Shown here in pieces: positions 60,390-64,000 of a stretch of DNA of 64,000 bases. Every line of letters begins with the position of its first letter. Position 1 is the first letter of the stretch. The position numbers and the translations under genes are program-made. The stretch is from Eledone cirrhosa (Eukaryota), in contig OZ024740.1 of the NCBI GenBank assembly GCA_964016885.1, positions 74,710,001-74,774,000 on the forward strand. The letters run 5' to 3'. The notes beneath the pieces were generated by a model, which saw only the letters and a program-made list of their open reading frames with translations, was not told the origin of the DNA and made no database searches.

Positions 60390-63230
60390 TGCATGATCAT
60401 GTGCAAGCAGGTGACTATTCAAACCTGCTTTTGTTTTGTAGGCAGTTCACTTGAACTGTCTGTCTCCTGGCAATACCGGCTGGAGTGTGTCTTCATGCAT
60501 TTTACCATGTCTGCTCAGTCCACCAGCTGACTTGCATATTAAGCCACTCTCACTGCAAATGTACCGTGGAGTGTAGGGATATAGAACCATCACTCAGGTG
60601 GCTCAATTTCTCCCTGGCTTGTGTGATTTCAGATGATTGACAAATCAAGCTCTTATTAGGAGAAATCAACCACATACATCGCACCTCAATTCCTGCTGGA
60701 TTTTTGCGGTCCTGCTTACGAAGTGAACACTTCAAAACAGCATGATCCACTTGCTTTTTCTCAAAGACATCACATCCATATTTGATGATCTTTCTCCATG
60801 ATGTACGGCCTTCAGCCAGTCTCTCCCAGTTCTCCATATCAATCTTCAGAGCTTTAAGATTGTCTTTTATGACATCCTTAAACCACTTCTTTGGTTTATG
60901 CTGTGGCCTTTTTCCTCTGGTCAGCTCCCCATAAAATAATTCTTTAGACAGCCTTCTATCTTCTATACTTACCACATAACCATCCCAATGCATCTGGTTC
61001 ATAATAATCCTTCTCTCAATACTGGTACTACCTGCTTTCTCAAGTACAGTAGCATAAGGTATGTAAGAGGACCACTTGATGTTCAGGATGCATCAGATAC
61101 ACTGCTGATAAAATATTTCCAGTTGCTTGATATGATGCCTGTAAGTTGTCCATGTTTCGCATTCAAATAGCAGGGCTGTAAGAACACAGGCGTCTTTGTG
61201 TTTCTCGTGATACCTCAATTTGACCAGACTTGCTTCTCAAGTTTCCCGAAGGCAAGCCAATCTTTCCCAATCCTGTGACCTATTTCAGCATCAAGGATAC
61301 CATCTCTACTAAATGTACTTCTGAGATACACAAAGCTGTCTACTACCTCAAGTCTTTTTCCTTTCATGAAAATGTCTGGCTCCACATACACTTCCTCAAC
61401 TAGTGGAGTGTTGACCTTTGTCTTTTTTATACTAATATTTAGCCCAAACACAGTGCATGCATTGGAGAAGGTGTCCAATATCTACTGCATGTCCTCTACT
61501 GTGTGAGTCACAAAATCTGCATCATCAGCATACAGGAACTCCCTAACAAGAATACCAAATGTTTGGATTTGGTGTAAAACCATCTTAGATTAAAGACTTT
61601 GCCAGAGGTTCTAATTCGCAACTATACACCGATTTTGAAGTCTTGGAAGGCATATGTTAGCAGCATGGCAAAGTAGATGGAGGATAGAATGGATGCAGGT
61701 ATGTTGCCTTGCTTGACACTGTTTTCCACTGATATTGGCTGTGAAAGTGTCCCACTGAAGTTCACTTTTGCTTTCATATTTTGATGGATTTTCCTGAATA
61801 TTCCAACAAAATCATGAGGGCATCAAGTTTCCTCAATATGACCCACAATGCACTACGATTAACAGTATCAGAGGCTTTGGTAAGGTCCACAAATACTTGG
61901 TATAGTGGCACTTGCTGCTCAACACTCTTCTCCATAAGCTGACGGGCTGAGAAAATCATGTCCATAGTACCCTGCCCAGCTCTGAATCTACACTGGGTCT
62001 CAGAGATTGCACCAGAGCAAATCCATTTTATTAGATGATTCCGCAGGACCTTGGATAAGACTTTCCCCACCAATTCGAGCAGACTTATACAATGATAATC
62101 ACTGCATTCCGACTTAGAGTCCTTGCCCTTGTAGATCAAGAGCAAAATTGCATCTGCCCAGGCTTGCGAGACAGGATCACCACACTATACAGATACAACT
62201 GTCTCAACATTGTCTCCTCCAAAGCAAATCTGCTCAACAGGTATTTCATCCAAACCTGGAGCTTTCCCTCTTTATCTCTTTGATAGTAGACCTTATCTCA
62301 TCAATGGTTGGATCATTCATCATCTTCTGTTACAGTCTCCCTTTGTGGCAGTCCATTTATAATTTCCTCATCAACTACAGATGAGTTGTCAAACAGATCT
62401 TTACAGTGTTTAATCCACTGACTCATGATTTCTGCTGGATCTTTGATGAGGACGTTCCGATCTTTTGACTTCAAAGGTACCATTTTTGAGGACTTTGGAC
62501 CAAAAACTTGCCTTATTGTGCTGTATAATGCCTTCAAGTCTCTACAGTTATAAGCTCTTAGCATCTCTGCTGAAACTTCAGACCACCAGTTGTTCTTTAT
62601 CTCCTGTGTTTTACTTTGTAGTTTTGATTTTGCTTCCTTGAAGGCTTTCTCAAAAGTGTTCCTCACTGGACCCTCTGCAACATGACACTTCTCATACAGT
62701 TTGTTCTTTCCAATAAGCATGATGATTACAGCATCAATATCATCTGTGTTTTGTCTTCTTAAGATCAAGTACATCAGCCCCAACACTGTAAATCTGTTTT
62801 AAACTGTTCCCAAGTCCCATCAAAAGCGCATTTTGAAGAGCATCTCGCATTTCTGCACTTTGCAGTTTGGACATATCTATATGTTTTGGCACTTGTACCC
62901 CTGCTGCTCTCAATTTTTTTCTGATCTGCACCTTCATCTTGGCACACACAAGTTTGTGGTCTGTACCACATTCAGTACCATTCAGTACAGAGCAGATATC
63001 CTGGAGATGTGTTCTTATTTCGATCTCAGGTGTATCCATGTTGCTTTGCGGATTTCCTTTTATGAAAAAAAAAGTATTGCACACGACTAGCTCAAACTTA
63101 GTGCATAATTGGAAAAGAAGACCATTGGCATTCATCTTGCCCATGCTGTGACATCCTAAAACACTCCAGATGTGTTCGCCCTTTCCCACACATGCATTAA
63201 AATCTCCAAGAAGCAAGATCTTGTCGAATG
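60390..63230 (-). mobile_element. Degenerate RTE-BovB-like LINE (EN end, RT, C-terminal C2H2 fingers)
   Basis: LLGDFNA, TDHKLV, FVDLTKA, FLYADD, FVYLRS and ELFYGEL motifs, with many frameshifts. Confidence 0.9.
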
Positions 63231-63340
63231 GATGAAAGGCAAAGTTGACTTTCACTGAATTTGAACTGTGAGAGCAGTGAACCGGAACGAATACCGTGGG
63301 GCGCTCCCTACGTTCTAACGACTCTGTCAATTCATCGCCT
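63230..63340 (-). mobile_element. tRNA-derived SINE 5' part joined to the LINE
   Basis: GGCGATGAATTGACAGAGTCGTTAGA...GTTCAAATTC...GTCAACTTTGCCTTTCATCC on the minus strand. Confidence 0.7.
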
Positions 63341-63702
63341 ATAAGCACACAATAGACACCTTATTGAAACTTGCTTTGCGGTGACAGATCAAAGGCAGAC
63401 AAAGCCAAACGTTTAAGTTTTTCTCTCACGGCTTTTTTTTATCATAGAAATTTGTTAACTTGAAAGGTCAGGGGAAATAATTTTGTTTATGTAACATTTA
63501 ATATAGTTGAAACAAAATTTTCTTTTGGAAATAGAGCCTGGTAGATTTGCCATACAGAAATTTGCTAGGTCGTGAGAAAATATATTTTATTCATATAGCA
63601 TTTATAAATCTATAATAAGGATACGTTAACAAAGTCTATTGGTTGTGGAAGAAATGACGAACACGACAAGTACCAACAATTCGGGTTTAATATACTCTAT
63701 AG

Positions 63703-63991
63703 CAGGCATGGGTAACCCCTTTCGAAAGTCGGGCCGCATGAGATATGGCTCATCATCAATTAGCCGCAAGCGCTAATTTACATTCGCGCTCACATTAAAA
63801 AAAGGGCGGTAACTCAGGTTGTTTTGATTTGTTTCTTCAAAATTCGAATACGTTGTTTTCCTCAATCGTAAACATGATAGAAAGATAAATTACGACTGAA
63901 AAGTTGGGGTAAAAAGATCAGAAGGATTTCACTTAGGTGACTTAGGCGAGCCATTCAGAAAGCTTCGCGGGCCGCAGGTTGCCCATGACTG
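63703..63991. mobile_element. hAT (Charlie/Buster-type) MITE
   Basis: TIRs CAGGCATGGGTAACC / GGTTGCCCATGACTG with internal CGGGCCGCA motifs. The 8-bp flanks only partly match. Confidence 0.75.
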
Positions 63992-64000
63992 ATCTAGACT

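Overview
AT-rich animal genomic DNA with no prokaryotic features. The repeat families and the dense (TA)n/(CAT)n microsatellites suggest a coleoid cephalopod (octopod-like); this is inference. One host gene is visible: the last two coding exons of LRRC58 (5329-5732 and 29490-29683, + strand), separated by a 23.8-kb GT-AG intron and followed by a probable long 3' UTR. The rest is mostly transposon debris: RTE LINEs (one twin-primed), an RTE-BovB-like LINE, three CRE-type non-LTR pieces, a 3'-truncated Ty3/Gypsy element with a tRNA-Trp PBS plus a solo LTR of the same family, Helitrons, hAT and Tc1/mariner MITEs, tRNA-derived SINEs, a nested Penelope-like (Naiad-type) element and two minisatellites. 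The most striking unannotated signal is about 15 hammerhead-ribozyme folds in short, often fold-back, Penelope-type inserts at (TA)n tracts. These include a canonical full-size hammerhead on the sense strand of the LRRC58 intron, a palindrome with a hammerhead on each arm, and four copies sharing a non-canonical CAGA core (U4A). All structures were folded by eye, no activity is demonstrated, and transposon boundaries are approximate.
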